Assembly (NCBI GenBank): GCA_040954595.2 | Contig: JBECUI020000037.1 | Coordinates: forward strand, 78,805 to 142,804 | Origin: Balanoglossus misakiensis | Taxonomy: Eukaryota; Animalia; Hemichordata | Direction: 5' to 3' | Length of the DNA: 64,000 bases | The notes under the pieces: generated by a model | Seen by the model: only the letters and a program-made list of their open reading frames with translations | Databases searched by the model: none | Told to the model about the DNA's origin: nothing | Shown: positions 22,201 through 33,018 of the stretch, piece after piece | How the letters are laid out: every line of letters begins with the position of its first letter | Position numbering within the stretch: the stretch's first letter is position 1 | Position numbers and translations under genes: made by a program

Positions 22201-22458
22201 GGCAGTTATGCAATCGAGGTTCTTTCTGAGGATAGCATTATTAGAAGGGCAGATACGTTCTACGATTATAAAAAAACATCGGCTACAGCGGATGATGTAG
22301 CGATCTTTACCAATTGGTCAATCTATGGCTCTACCGAAGTACCGCATGATGCAACGGTGGGATACTGGTCTTGGTATGGTGTGTATACATGGCCGAGTCT
22401 CTGGGATACAGCAGAGCAATTCTACTTCGGAAACCAGCCGGAGTACAAGGCGCAATAG
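16237..22458 (+). CDS. Giant surface lipoprotein (~2073 aa): FN3/Big_2, Ig-like stalk, GLUG-motif C-terminus; paralog of 6825-14867
   Basis: Uninterrupted ORF, lipobox GIVSC. Shares GD(I/L)Y(T/S)WRDLQAM, YFSIGD, GGLVG repeats and terminal LWDT..YFG.QPEYK with the upstream paralog. Confidence 0.9.
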   Translation: MRVLSISVLALGLILSGIVSCADTGIISVSPVPSVTKVSAWFVDGYTVRVEFTAAEPAVNYRVQLTPDSGLPINKMVPNTGAGVLSLSVAFDTDELAANTNYTISVIAVNQEGIESSATVAAERLQTGSSLDAPSNLQVTAAVGMLTVQWDAPAGDPVMSYTVTLTPPGGEAQEHTTDKTFIDITGLDDETEYDVRVVANIDDGRTSTSVRPVSGPVKTPRIIAGITNLTARDATTATDVQLLIEWTPSVTTGITHYAISLIPLTVDVPELTYEPTPAELVAEDNGNVSYTVSGLRSTVEYTVSVVVHTADGESLPTTISITTGNNDQSGPPGAVSNIRKDSDYQASNAMRIIWTAGTPGTRANGAEAATSYTVEYYSEARWNPVDEVLTEQVSIENLLGAQEYRIRIRAWNADYPNDENKASEWTEGQVMSNGVRSVSIQSGGADAGEELAMKNGDELILHALVDGENVIESVRWESSATLVATISEQGEVVANTEGETIITAFADADNTVQDSLTIRVTLQEAVAPQPVSDLRQVGSEGAVDGQSITLTLEWTAPTDAGRQEGGIPAEISGYTLYWHEGSSYASEQVSAETTRTGITDSTIRIDGFTGKTAYVFVVVAHANSGMSSSESTALSIETAALNRPPGSVRGVNAEATEDSLTLSWSAVAPALLESGEAVESSYFVYLSSNTADTAEAFIAGATLQADNDHSDTSITISALQAATSYYVLIIARGGEQESMSEIFSFTTRAQVDRSTNPGKPSNIQKDLSNTAINTLSIVWTEGTKGKAIDGTTEMDSTFEIEYRQDGGATEWVETSDSSVELTGLVGGGVYLIRIRAYWDGTHESGWTDEVSLRSNGVASVSIDQQAPSVIRGETLNLTATVDAENVSETLLWTSTDEGIATVDSTSGVVTGQNAGTTTIRAAATADSSIYDELRVVVELPSLSGSLSYDTSVNAIYGEQASYAAQFSDTNINPADLDYEIQVIKDGALITDSISMSASGSMIVSSTADAGQYTVTVSAGSLANYANSLSSGAFTLVVLQKDIAGYSLSYSIPTTDVAGGVYQTTTDIPSDAGVRYSMSSQSGDLSGIISIEATNGEIRVSATAASDIYGLLVTATATGANYSGSVSITVSITIVDPPLTAQIIYESEDAVYRTERSYRIVAVSGLPAGLRRSDLSYSGNGGAGITVSSDGTIEIAASVIPGTYTVQVVVSADGYASLDIDIVRTVTSAVLADYYTPAYDLVAVVPNEQKTFSVVGTLQDVTLLYSLSSTEQIVIDAMNAGDILIDPVTGAISIQNLTTGTYSGTVTATATGGYYGGSSSAEVDIFILPPLPPGATLVAYPVSAVRYGETISFDGVVTNMPTEITNNYTYSIGDVKKDGQSIANPGFEVRSVGFNAPSGLASWRAYSTGVIPLGSYEVAIIARQEDYVGQLSVTVQITIDPAVLSGNFDYGIVDIIPFGTGKTVPIQNNNFPGEVTYSLSALDPQTTGITVDAMSGSITIADTVPVNTYNLTITATSSVAEYTGSVDTVLSIAVLADSRITLSYKPEMGAGAQEYFSIGDFDNAFLWIIEGVSDASGITADVRILNAADNSEVHNKAADITAGTDENGGSIVGIGLGLQYSDWAGIPANVRMEITVTDSGGTAVPVLMNKQKSSSGDLYSWRDLQAMQHNLSGSYRLRSDIQFPPPGSYSFPISGFVPIGPSSTNTFQGSLSALADDGTRHAISDFYIDDASLDYAGIFGSSTGVITDLICIDPYINANVYVGVIAGEIVASSQPKLALRNVSVRIEDRTGEHVHSNMTIGNYSHIGGIAGSVGNNNQLFAIDSAATVMGERNTGGLVGKDDGATIVGWTTGDVTGGTSVGGLVGRITDDTTTSSSVIIGYATGSITGDLRVGGLVGDSLSTSTITGYMTGSVTGDNNVGGLVGRHAGSLVGYSTATVSRSSGTGTVLGAVIGRNNYSTVNAYFDRTAAGTEYASGAQLNAIGDGTLANGSYAIEVLSEDSIIRRADTFYDYKKTSATADDVAIFTNWSIYGSTEVPHDATVGYWSWYGVYTWPSLWDTAEQFYFGNQPEYKAQ

Positions 22459-22468
22459 GCAGTATAGG

Positions 22469-22502
22469 AACAAGTCCTGGCCAGGCTGGGACTTGTTTTT
22501 TT
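22469..22502 (+). terminator. Intrinsic terminator after giant lipoprotein 2
   Basis: AACAAGTCC...GGACTTGTT stem followed by a T run. Confidence 0.8.
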
Positions 22503-22560
22503 GAAATTTTTTTGTAACCGCTAGACACTATTGTTGTATACATATTCTAGGAGATTGGGA

Positions 22561-22665
22561 ATGAAATATAAATATGTTCTTATGTTATTACTGGTGATAT
22601 CAATTGTTCTGCTCGTTGGAATGGGCGCTTGCGTTGATGGCAATTCAGGCGCAACAAATTGGTAA
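22561..22665 (+). CDS. 34-aa mini-lipoprotein or lipoprotein remnant (MKYKYVLMLLLVISIVLLVGMGACVDGNSGATNW)
   Basis: AGGAG RBS, basic N-region, hydrophobic H-region, MGA-C lipobox. Too short to appear in the ORF track. Confidence 0.55.
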   Translation: MKYKYVLMLLLVISIVLLVGMGACVDGNSGATNW

Positions 22666-22709
22666 ACGATCTTCACTGTAGTAAACAATAGCCGGCTATT
22701 GTACGAGGA

Positions 22710-23524
22710 TTAACCTTTTATTGCACCACTAATAACAGAACTGCCGATTTGTCGATAAAACATTAATCCAAGAAGAGTTGGGGGGAGGGTCCCGATAATC
22801 ATAACCGCAGCAGCAACACCCCATTGCACCCCACCACCGCCAGCTGAAAAAAAGAATGATGCACCTACTGTCATGGGGACAGCGTTGCGAGTAGTGAGCA
22901 TCAATCCAAAGAGAAACTCATTCCATGCAGTGATAAATCCAATATGAGTGCAGCCGTTAATATGGATTTTGATAAGGGCAGGGCAATATGTAGTAAATAC
23001 CTCAGGGTAGAGGATCCATCTATCCATGCCGCCTCATCCAGCTCGGCTGGAATATCATTGACAGCATTAATCGACATAATGAGGGCAAGAGGAAGATTCA
23101 CAATGGCGAGAATTAATCCCAATCCTAACTGGGTGTCAAGTAAGTTGAGCGGTTGGTACATCATGTATAGAGGAATAGAAAAGATGATAAGCGGAACAGC
23201 ACGCAGATTGATAACAGCAGGAACGAGAAATTTGCGTGAGTAGTTTCTGCGAACAATGACATAGGCTGCGGGAAAACATACTAGTAGAGGTAGTACAGCA
23301 CCGATAGTAGATGCAATGAGACTGTTAGAGAAGTACTTTATTATATCAAAGCGTTCGGATACGGCAAAAATTTGTATGTAGTTTTCTCCAGTCCACTGGT
23401 TTATCCAAAGGCTTGCATTACTTTGGATTTCTGCATTTGACTTAAACGATGTGAGTACGGTAATCCATACAGGAGCGTTCATCACTATTGCCACAAACGC
23501 AAACACTACCCATCGCAAGAACAT
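22710..23524 (-). CDS. Carbohydrate ABC transporter permease (MalG-like), one frameshift
   Basis: EAA motif ELDEAAWIDG; FITAWNEFLF in the second frame. Confidence 0.85.
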
Positions 23525-24410
23525 TATATCTTATTCCTTTTTTTGTCGAATAGGTAACTGATACCAAAGAGTACGATAAATGTTACGAAAAGCAGTATGG
23601 TTGAAGCCGCAACCGCCTTACCGATCTTTCCTTCTTTGAAAAATACTTGATATATGTATATTGATAAACTGGTGGTCGATCCACCCGCACCGCTTCCGGT
23701 TAGAACGTAGACGTTGTCAAAGACACGAAAGCCATCAATAAATCGAATAAAGATAGCACTGTACAGGGGTATCTGCATAGATGGGAGTTCAATATGCCAG
23801 AAAAGAACGGTTGAGGAGGCGCCATCCAGTTTTGCGGCTTGACGCATTTCATTGGAAATTGCTTGATAGGCGACATGAAATAACAGCAAGGTGAAGGGTG
23901 TCCACTGAAGTATTTCTATGGTCATAAGGGTATAGATTGCATTGGTCGCGTCAGAAAAGGGGGACTGTCGTTAAACCATTCCCATAGATAAAAGGGTACG
24001 GGACCAACAAACTCATGCAAGACAAGTCGATACATTAAACCGACTAATGCCGGAGCAGCCATCATTGGCATCATCAATATTGCTAATAACCACGGACGTT
24101 TTTTGAACAAGGGGGAGAGATAGACAGCAAGGAATAATCCTACCGTACACTCTACAAATGCAGTAACCGCCCCGAAGTTCAGCGAGAAAGCTGCCGCTTG
24201 CCAGAATAGTGAATCAGTAAGTACTGCGGAAAAGTTCTGTAGTCCCTGAGGTTTAGGGGAACGAATAGTTTCAAACGACACTTGTGAAATGCTGTATACC
24301 AAATTGACAAGCAGGGGAAAGCCTAGGAATAGGAGTAATATTCCTACCATGGGTAATACCATGATCCGGTTTTCGGTTTGCTTAGACATATTGGCATGCA
24401 GCATGTCCAC
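23524..24410 (-). CDS. Carbohydrate ABC transporter permease (MalF-like), one frameshift
   Basis: LQWTPF, QAAKLDGAS and FRVFDNVYVLTG motifs across ORFs 23922-24410 and 23524-23925. Confidence 0.85.
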
Positions 24411-24421
24411 AAATATCTGAA

Positions 24422-25719
24422 TTATTTCAATAGTTCTTTCATTTCCGTTTCAACATTTTGAAGTGCTTCATTCAAACTCTGTTGTCCCGACCAGTAGCCG
24501 GTAAATTCTCGTGCTTGTACTTCATATATGCTGAGTGCGTTGGCAGATGTTCCGCCGTTCATAACAAAGCCATAGTTGCTTGCATAGTTTCCAAGGGTAG
24601 CAAGATCAGGTCTATCGGCTGCGACAGTGTCTATAACGACATCGTTCAGTGCCGGATTGCCACCTGCTACAGCATACACTTTTGCTGCCTCGGCTGTTGT
24701 TAACCAATTAAGGAATTTTTTTGCACCAGCTTTGTTGGTTGATGATTTGTTCAATCCAAACCCTAATCCGTGAATATGGGTATAACGGCCCTGCGGTCCC
24801 GCGGGTGGTGGAGCAATGCCCACCTTGCCTGCAATAGTCGGATTCTTTTCCGGATCCATTAAATCGGTCGCAGCAGCGTTCCACTGTAACATTGCGGCTA
24901 CTTGTCCGGAACCGAAAGCAGCGTTTGCCTCAGCATACTCATACGATAAGGAATCTCGCGGTGAGGTTTGAGCATCGTATAGAACCTTGTACCGTTCCAG
25001 TGCAGAACGAAAGGCAAAACTGTCTATTGAGATATTATTATCTGCGTCCATCCAGTCACCTCCATATGCCCGGACTGCTGAATGCCATATCATCATGTTA
25101 AATAATAAATTTTTCATCTGTAAAACAGTGCCGTAGCGCACGGGGCTACTGCTGTTATTACTCTTAGCAAAGAAAAGTGCGGTAACAGTGTAATCATCCC
25201 ATGTCCAATTTTGTGGGTGTTTGGGTGTCATGCTTCTCCAAATTGTTTTTTGCGATTTCTGTGTATTTTGCTTGCCATTTCGGGTTGCTCATTAATGTAT
25301 CGATAAGATCCTTGCGGTAGTACATAAAATGCAACGATAGGTCGGTTGGTACACCGTATTGTTTCCGTCATACTGCATAGTTGATAGACGCTGTCGCTAT
25401 ATGATTCATTATTGGTTAGTGTAATGGCTTCCATATAGGGCGCATATCTACCCATAGAATAGGTTGCAGTGAGGTTAATATCAAACTCATCAGTACCAGC
25501 CGCTAAGTCGGATTGTAACTTATCCCAAATCCTTCACGGTTGAAAAATAGTGCCTCCACCTTGTCATTGGGATCAAGATCGGGCTGTGCATTATAGACTT
25601 CTATAGCCTTGCGAAGAGCAATCTCTTCCGGTCCGCCGGCCATCCTAGGACCGTAACTCTGCAGTCACTTGTCCTATAACAAATACAAATAGAACAAATA
25701 TTATTGTCTTATACATCAT
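24422..25719 (-). CDS. Sugar ABC transporter substrate-binding protein, several frameshifts
   Basis: AGGAGG RBS with ATG at 25719; C-terminal 269-aa ORF with WTWDDY, FGSGQVAAMLQW and AKKFLNWLT. Confidence 0.8.
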
Positions 25720-25975
25720 ATCTTCCTCCTCATTTAATTTGCATAAGCATTATTACTTTTTATAGTAATGCAGATGAAATATTTTGTATAGTACAATACA
25801 TGCAGGACCTAAGTATAACTTAGGATCGTTTATTTAGTTTAACCAGATTAGCAGTTTTCTTTTTGCAATCTTTCTTGTTACTTTTGAGTTGGAAATTTTT
25901 GTATCTATCCGGCTCTTCATGCTTGCCTATTGATTCAAATTCAATTCTGTAGCATAATTATACTGAGGTGTCATT

Positions 25976-26404
25976 ATGGCAAGAATGGTTGCACATATTT
26001 TATCAGTAAATGCGAAAGAACAGGGGAAATACTATGAAGAAGTACTTGGCGGCAAGGTAGGCTTTATACTCACCGCAAAGGATATGCCTGAGAAAGAAAA
26101 AAATTCCTGGGGCAGATGACAATAAGATTGTTCACATGGAAATTCACTTTCTTGGCGACTTGGTAGTTTATATGGCTGATTCCTTTGGTGAGGATGTAGC
26201 AAAAGAGAACGCGATATCCCTTACCATAGAGACAGACAGTGAAGCCGATGTAACAAGATTATACGACAATTTTGTCCAAAGTGGTGCTCAAGTACTTATG
26301 GAAAAAGCTGAGCAATTTTGGCGGCAATGTACGGCTGTGTCAAAGATCGCTATGGTATTGTCTGGTCAATACAATATTTGTTCCCCTCGGAGCAAACAAC
26401 GTAA
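25976..26404 (+). CDS. VOC/PhnB family protein, two frameshifts
   Basis: GAGG RBS; NAKE..YYEEVLGG, HMEI..MAD and QFW.AMYG.VKDRYGIVW across frames. Confidence 0.75.
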
Positions 26405-26414
26405 GTTATTCGGT

Positions 26415-27756
26415 TTATTGGTAATATTCTCGCTCTTTTTCCTTTGTCCACTGAGACATAGTTTGCCATATCGGTAAATTTAATCCACCTTTTTCTGTTT
26501 TTGCAACAATAGTGGTACCGAGCAGGTCTCCTGCTACATTCAGACTCGTCCGCCCCATATCCAAGAGGGTGTCAATTCCCAGAATCATGGCGTAAGCAGC
26601 AGCGGTGGGAGTTCCTGCTTCAACGGATAGGCCCCACGGGGAATTGAGCACCATCAGTAGCATTATGGACCCAGAGCTTGGTACACCAGCTGTTCCGATA
26701 CTAGCCAGCATTGCGGTTATTATTACGGTTATTTGTTGTCCCAATGTTAAGGGCAATCCGATTGCAAAACTGACGAATAAGGCGCATACTCCTTGGTAAA
26801 TAGCAGTGCCATCCATGTTAATGGTTGCACCTAGTGGCAAGGTGAACGAGTAAACATTTTTTGAGATGCCCAGTCGATTTTCTGCAGCGTTCATAGTAAT
26901 GGGAAGGGTACCACTGGAACTTCGGGTAACAAAGGCGGTAAGCATTGGCGTCCGGATTCCTTTAAAGAATGTGGATATTTCAAACGGAACAAGAGAAGAC
27001 ATCCACAGAAAAGAAGAATCATATGGGTCAGATAACCAAGATATACTGCAAGGGTTATGCTTCCTAAATGGCCAAATGCTAATGCTCCTTCTTTACCAAA
27101 TACAACGGCAATAAGGGCAAAAACACCAATGGGAGCATATTGAAGGATGCCCCGAATAATTTTATACATAATTTCCATACCGCCATCAACAAAGGTGAGC
27201 ATATGGGATGCCAGATCTTTTTGGCGTTCGGTTCCGTGAGATCTCAAAAGAGAAAGGCTCATACCAACAAGTATGGCAAAAAATATTATAGGAAGGACCA
27301 TACCCGAAGATAGTGCATAGAACGGGTTAGTAGGAATAATATTTAATAGGGTATCCAATAAACTTGGTGGAGGAATATCAGTATTCGGCATAGGTATCCC
27401 TTTTGCTAGTTCTAGCCCGAGCCCCGGCTTAAAAACATTTCCAAATACCAACCCGATTGTTACCGCAAGAAGTGATGTTAATAGGTAAAAGCCATGATCT
27501 TGATTCCGAGCCGCCCAATATTGGAGGGAGTAATGGATGATGCACCTTGTATCAGAGAAAAAAGAACGACAGGGACGATAATCATTTTTAATACACGAAT
27601 AAAAACATCGCCCAGTGGATTAATAATCTCTATCGAAGGACCAACAATAATTCCTGTAATTATACCTGCACCCAGTGCAATTAATACACGAATTATCAAA
27701 CTTGTCTTGAAGTACCACGCAAAGATATTGCTTATTTTTTTGTTTCTAATTGCCAT
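26415..27756 (-). CDS. Dicarboxylate/amino acid:cation symporter (GltP/DAACS family), frameshifted
   Basis: [21 protein letters not shown] and [13 protein letters not shown] motifs across three ORFs. Confidence 0.88.
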
Positions 27757-27869
27757 ATTTTCCTTTCAAAAAAACTATACAAGGAAAGAATAGCACTTTT
27801 TCATTCTTATTGCAAGGAATTTAGGTTAGTTAATAGGAAAAAATTATTTTCTCCATTACACTATTGTTT

Positions 27870-28157
27870 TCATTGCTGAGGCTTGGATAACTTTTTCATT
27901 TCTTTTTCTATCATGCGTTCCTGGATGTTCGTGCTACAGATCCAGATTCCGAACCCGTGCCCCAACACTCCAATGCCCCATCCTAAAAGAGACCATCCAA
28001 CCCATAGAATTTTGGGGGTTATGCTGAGATTTATAATAATCAGGATGACATGTACACCAATGTATACAAATAGATGAATCAAGAACCCAAGACGTACTTG
28101 AACGCGCCGTCTTGCTTTGTCTCGCAGATCATTTTGTTCGGTAGTTGTGGAATTCAT
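27870..28157 (-). CDS. 2TM domain protein
   Basis: ARRRV..RLGFLIHLFVY...W...GWGIGVLGH pattern. Confidence 0.8.
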   Translation of the reverse strand: MNSTTTEQNDLRDKARRRVQVRLGFLIHLFVYIGVHVILIIINLSITPKILWVGWSLLGWGIGVLGHGFGIWICSTNIQERMIEKEMKKLSKPQQ

Positions 28158-28216
28158 ATTCCTTCCCCCTAAAAGGAAATTATAGCATGTATATTACTGT
28201 ATTGTCTATATTGTTT

Positions 28217-29068
28217 TCATTTCTTAAGAACTGACCAATCTATTTCTGCTGTTAAGACACCGAGGAAGACAAGACAGAAGCCCATAATAGCAATGAGTGT
28301 GAGTTGCTCCCCAAGAAAAAAAACAGAAAGAAGGGTCCCGAAGACGCTTTCAGTCGACAAAATTATTGCAGCTTTAGTTGGCAAAACAAATTTTTGAGCT
28401 CTGTTTTGTATATAGAAAGCTATTAGGGTGCTAAAAATTGCTAGGTAAGCAATTGCACCAAAGCCTTGAGGTTGTATTTGTATATCATAGGGGTCAAAAA
28501 GATTTCCAAGAAAAGAAAATATTGTAGCAAATAGAAACTGCAAGAAAACAATTTTGGTAAGATCTAGATTATGATCTTTTACGTATAATCCAATGAAGTA
28601 GATGTGAAATGCAAAGAGCAGAGCACACATTAATGTTAGTAGATCGCCCTTATTCAGTGAACCCCATCCATCAATAGTCAGGAAGCCAATACCCGTTATG
28701 GTCAGAAGCACCGCTACAATAATTGATAATTTTAGGGAGCGTTTACTGAAGAAACAGTAAATGAATGGCGTCATAACAACATTTGTTGATGTAAGAAAAG
28801 CATTTTTTGATACTGTAGTGAATTGTAATCCAATAGTTTGAAAGATAAAGGCCGTGCCAAGGAAGAATCCCAATACTATACCAGGGAATAGGGTATGCTT
28901 GAAGTTCCGTAATTTTTTATATTGCAGAATGTAAAAAATAAGGGTCGCAATCGCAAAACGCAAAGTTGTAATCAGCATGGGGCTAAACCCCGATTCCAGA
29001 GCGAGTCGGGCAGCAACAAATCCTGTTCCCCATATTAATGCAGCTAAAAAAAGGCTTGCTTCAATCAT
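28217..29068 (-). CDS. EamA/DMT family transporter
   Basis: IWGTGF, LRF, GLQFTTVSKNAFL, GDLLTL and ESVFG motifs; about 10 TM helices. Confidence 0.9.
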   Translation of the reverse strand: MIEASLFLAALIWGTGFVAARLALESGFSPMLITTLRFAIATLIFYILQYKKLRNFKHTLFPGIVLGFFLGTAFIFQTIGLQFTTVSKNAFLTSTNVVMTPFIYCFFSKRSLKLSIIVAVLLTITGIGFLTIDGWGSLNKGDLLTLMCALLFAFHIYFIGLYVKDHNLDLTKIVFLQFLFATIFSFLGNLFDPYDIQIQPQGFGAIAYLAIFSTLIAFYIQNRAQKFVLPTKAAIILSTESVFGTLLSVFFLGEQLTLIAIMGFCLVFLGVLTAEIDWSVLKK

Positions 29069-29535
29069 ATCTACATGTACTATAAATGATAAATCTAAAA
29101 ATTTCTTCGGATTATCCTTAAAATTTTATTTCTTTCCGAGCAGTTTTCTTCCGCCTTGAGGATGATATGCAGCGGTTAGAGGTGGAGTGCCAGTACGAAT
29201 ACTGGCAGCACGCTACGCACGAACACACAAAGAAATAAAAAATTTGACAACAGAATGCAATTATGTTATGATTGGTACTTGTCGGGAATATATATGGTTC
29301 GCAATATAATTGACGGTCTATCCACCTATCTGACAGTCTATCCAACTATCCAAGAGTACGAGATAACATTAATAAAAAACAGAATAGCAAAGCGCAGGGG
29401 ATCTATATTTTTAGTGCGCGGAATGAAACGGACAAAAATACTTTTCTCTGTGTAGGTCAGGAGGTACTCTTTACAGAGAGTTAAGAATGGTTTTGTAGAT
29501 AAATTTATGCTGTACATACAAGTTAAGGAGGAGTT

Positions 29536-30904
29536 ATGAAGGCTAAAAAAAGTATTTTTTCTAAGGTTGTACACCTTAGTACGAAGGTAGTAGAGAAACT
29601 ATTACCTGATGCGTTTGTATTTGCTGTGCTTCTCACAGCGGTTGTATTTGTGGGGAGTATGGTATTCACCAGACAAAATCCTCTTTCCGTGGTGAAAAGT
29701 TGGTATGGAGGAGTTTGGAGTCTGCATACTTTTGCAATGCAGATGTCACTGATTATTGTTACTGGACATACGCTTGCTCTATCTCCCTTCTTTGGAAGGA
29801 TACTCAGATCATTAGCAGGCCTGCCAAAACAAACACACAAGGGATTATGTTTGTTACGTTTATTGCTAGCGTTGCATGCTGGATAAACTGGGGTTTTGGA
29901 TTAATTATAGGAGCAATCTTTGCGAAGGAAGTAGCAAAAAAACTACGAAGTATTGATTATCGTCTATTAATTGCATCAGCATATACCGGATTCTTGGTAT
30001 GGCATGCGGGTTTATCAGGATCCATCCCCCTACAAATGGCAACGGAAGGACCTAATTTGGCAACGTTAAGCGGAGGCGTATTAACAACTCCTGTAATGAT
30101 AGGAGACACCATATTTGCTCCCTTTACTCTCATTCCTGCTATTGTGCTCGTTGTGACACTTCCCATTTTAAATGCTCTCATGCACCCAAAAGGAGATAGG
30201 GTAATAACTATTGATGCAAACCTCTTTAAACGATGAGGCATTGAACGAGGAACAAACAGAAACAAAATCTCCTGCCCAAAAGATGGATAATTCTCGGCTC
30301 ATTTCTTTGTTCTTAGGAGGTATGGGGCTACTCTATATCGTATTTTATTTTGCAGAACGTGGATTTAATCTTAATTTAAACATTGTAATATTCATCTTTT
30401 TTGTATTTGGTATCTTATTACACAAAACACCGATGCGTTTTATTGTTGCAGTAAAGCAAGCTGTAAATGGTGCTGCCGGGGTTATAATACAGTTCCCGCT
30501 GTATGCTGGAATTATGGGCATAATGACTGGAACAAACGCTGAAGGTACTTCTTTGGCTATTCAACTAACCGAGGCATTCACCCATCTGGCCAATGCATAC
30601 ACACTCCCATTCTTTTCTTTTATTGCTGCCGGAATACTAAATATCTTCGTGCCGTCAGGAGGAGGACAATGGGTTATACAAGGTCCTATTTTTATGCCAC
30701 TTGCTGCTGAATTGGGAGCGGACTATGCAAAAACAGCGATGGCAATAGCATGGGGAGATGCGTGGACAAAATATGCTACAGCCATTTTGGGCATTGCCAG
30801 CACTAGGAATTGCCGGACTTGGAGCAAGAAGTATCATGGGATTTTGTTTTATTGCCATGATATATGCAGGTGTAATTATGGGATTGGGTATGCTTTTCCT
30901 GTAA
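29536..30904 (+). CDS. atoE: Short-chain fatty acid transporter, frameshifted
   Basis: LPDAFVFA, WHAGLSGSIPL, QFPLYAGIMG, FVPSGGGQW and AWGDAWT motifs over several frames. Confidence 0.85.
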
Positions 30905-31096
30905 GGAAAATGTCATTCCAGTTCTACTTGAAAGAAGCTGCTTGACTATAGTTGTCATTTTACCAGTGCGGAGACAAGCGCCAATGCTTTGATCTTTTGG
31001 GGGGCGCGTGAAATCGTGCCCCCGATTCTAGTGCAGTCGGGCAACAATACATCCAGTTTCCTATTTCGGAGCAGGGTTTCTCCTGTGATTAGCAAA

Positions 31097-31970
31097 CTAC
31101 TTGGTGGTTAAGGTATGTACGGCGTTGTGCAGTATACTACTATCTTTGGTACAGACAGCGATTAAGTCAATGGATTTATCCAGGTCAGTCGTGCGAAAAA
31201 GAGATTTTTGATTCCGTATTCTTTAATAAACTGTTTTCGGATTGGATGATGTCTATTTTGAATCAAAATTTTTCTCAGAATACGTAGTATAGGACTTGGT
31301 AATATTTTTTAATTATCGATACTGATTTTTTTGATTTTTTGGCGGCTTCGCGTGTTGCTGTGAGGCGATTTACTTGAATGGTGTAAAGTGGTTCGTCTGC
31401 AAAGAGACCAAGAACTTGAACAGCAGGGAAATAGGCACTCAATAGAGAATGCAACTCGGAATGATTAAATTCATGTATGTGAAGTGGATTCCATGGCTGC
31501 ATGCCCGGATCTAATCTGAGTCGAACATTAGGAGTTGCTAAAATGGCTACTCCTGAAGAAGAGAGCACTCGAGACATATTGCTGAGATATAGGTTATAGT
31601 CGACGATATGTTCAATGACCTGTAGACTCGTAATGATATCAAACTCTTCGTCTGCGAATGGGAGGTGCTTCCTGGTTACTAGTTGGAAGTCTATTTGGGG
31701 ATTATTGTAATGTTTTCGTGCAAACCGTAGGGCTTTTTGAGAAATGTCGTAACCCACCACTTTGTTTGCTGTGCTAGAGAGTATGTTACTACCGTATCCT
31801 GTATTACATCCTAAATCCAGGATGTGTTTTTCTTGGCATAGCCGAGCTATTTGAAAATATGCAAACTTATGTGTTAAATCTACAATCCATTCCTCTTGTG
31901 TTTTTCCAGTTACGACAAAAGGACTTTTTACTTGATGTTTAACATTTTCTTTGTGAGTTCTGTCCATCAT
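31097..31970 (-). CDS. Class I SAM-dependent methyltransferase; C-terminus probably frameshifted at an A run near 31310
   Basis: ILDLGCNTGYG, LPFADEEFDII.SLQVIEH and ATPN motifs. Confidence 0.85.
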
Positions 31971-32135
31971 TGTTTGGAGAGATTGTTACACAGCAAGGAA
32001 GGAGATAAAACACTTATAAAATGATACATTGTATACATACGTATACAATACATATGCACTATAACAGAAAATATCAAGGGCAAATGTTGTTTTTTATGTC
32101 TATTTTCCTTTTCCGGTTGGAAAGCGCAATGTCGA

Positions 32136-32844
32136 CTATGCCGATAACAAATGTTCTGCCAGTTCGTCCGGAGCTGAGAAAAAGGGAGAATGATCAGTGT
32201 CCATGGAGATAATCTTCTCGCATGGGAGTTTTGTGTACATTTTTTTCTGTAGTGCCGGAGTAATGGCTTGGTCACGCATGCATGATATATATATCCGAGG
32301 CACTTGACCAAAGTTTTCTTCGGTTGTGCTGACCGGGGCAATGAAGGGTGCGGTTGCCTGCGGTGTTAACAGTGATATTGCGCGCTTGATGTCCTTATCG
32401 GAACAGTTGTTGTAAAAAACTTCGGGTGCTCTATTTACAGTCGTATAACTTTGATCTTCTGCCATAGTCAGATTCGGAAGAACTAATGCATCGGTATCCT
32501 GTTCGGCGTACTGCATAAGGGAAACATTATTGTCTAACAAAAAAAGCTGTTACGTATACCAATTTTTTGATTTTATCCGGACGATACTCGGCGGCTTGTG
32601 TAATGACAATGCCTCCCATGCTATGCCCGATCAGTATAACTGGTTCGGATTGGGCATCCAGTACCTCGCAGAGAGAATCGGTGTACGCTTGTAGTGAGAT
32701 GTCAGGTATGGGGGTTTTATTATCTCCATGACCGGGCAGGTCCACCGTTTGAACTGTATGACCTGCTTTTTCCAAGAGAGGTACTACTTTTTCCCAACAC
32801 CATTTGCCATGCCATGCTCCGTGAATCAAAATATATGTATTCAT
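32136..32844 (-). CDS. Alpha/beta hydrolase (esterase, SABP2/HNL-like), one frameshift
   Basis: LIHGAWHG, GHSMGG nucleophile elbow, D.AI, DHSPF. Confidence 0.88.
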
Positions 32845-33018
32845 AACTTGTATTTCCTTGTGCTCCCTATGATTAAATGTAATTAATGAAAAAATAATAC
32901 TCTTTTTGCTGAACGGGTGTCAAGGAAAGTATATACGCGTCTATTGATTTATCTTGAAATATAAGGGCAGCACCTATCCCAGCAAACACAAGATCAAACT
33001 GTTGTCATTCCCAAGAAA

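Noticed and set aside
1-22458. Diversity-generating retroelement acting on the surface proteins
   Set aside because: No reverse transcriptase and no template/variable repeat pair with adenine-specific mismatches was seen.
30999-31023. GGGGGCGCG-TGAAAT-CGTGCCCCC hairpin as an ncRNA such as SRP
   Set aside because: It lacks the SRP domain IV motif; it is most simply a terminator-like hairpin between convergent genes.
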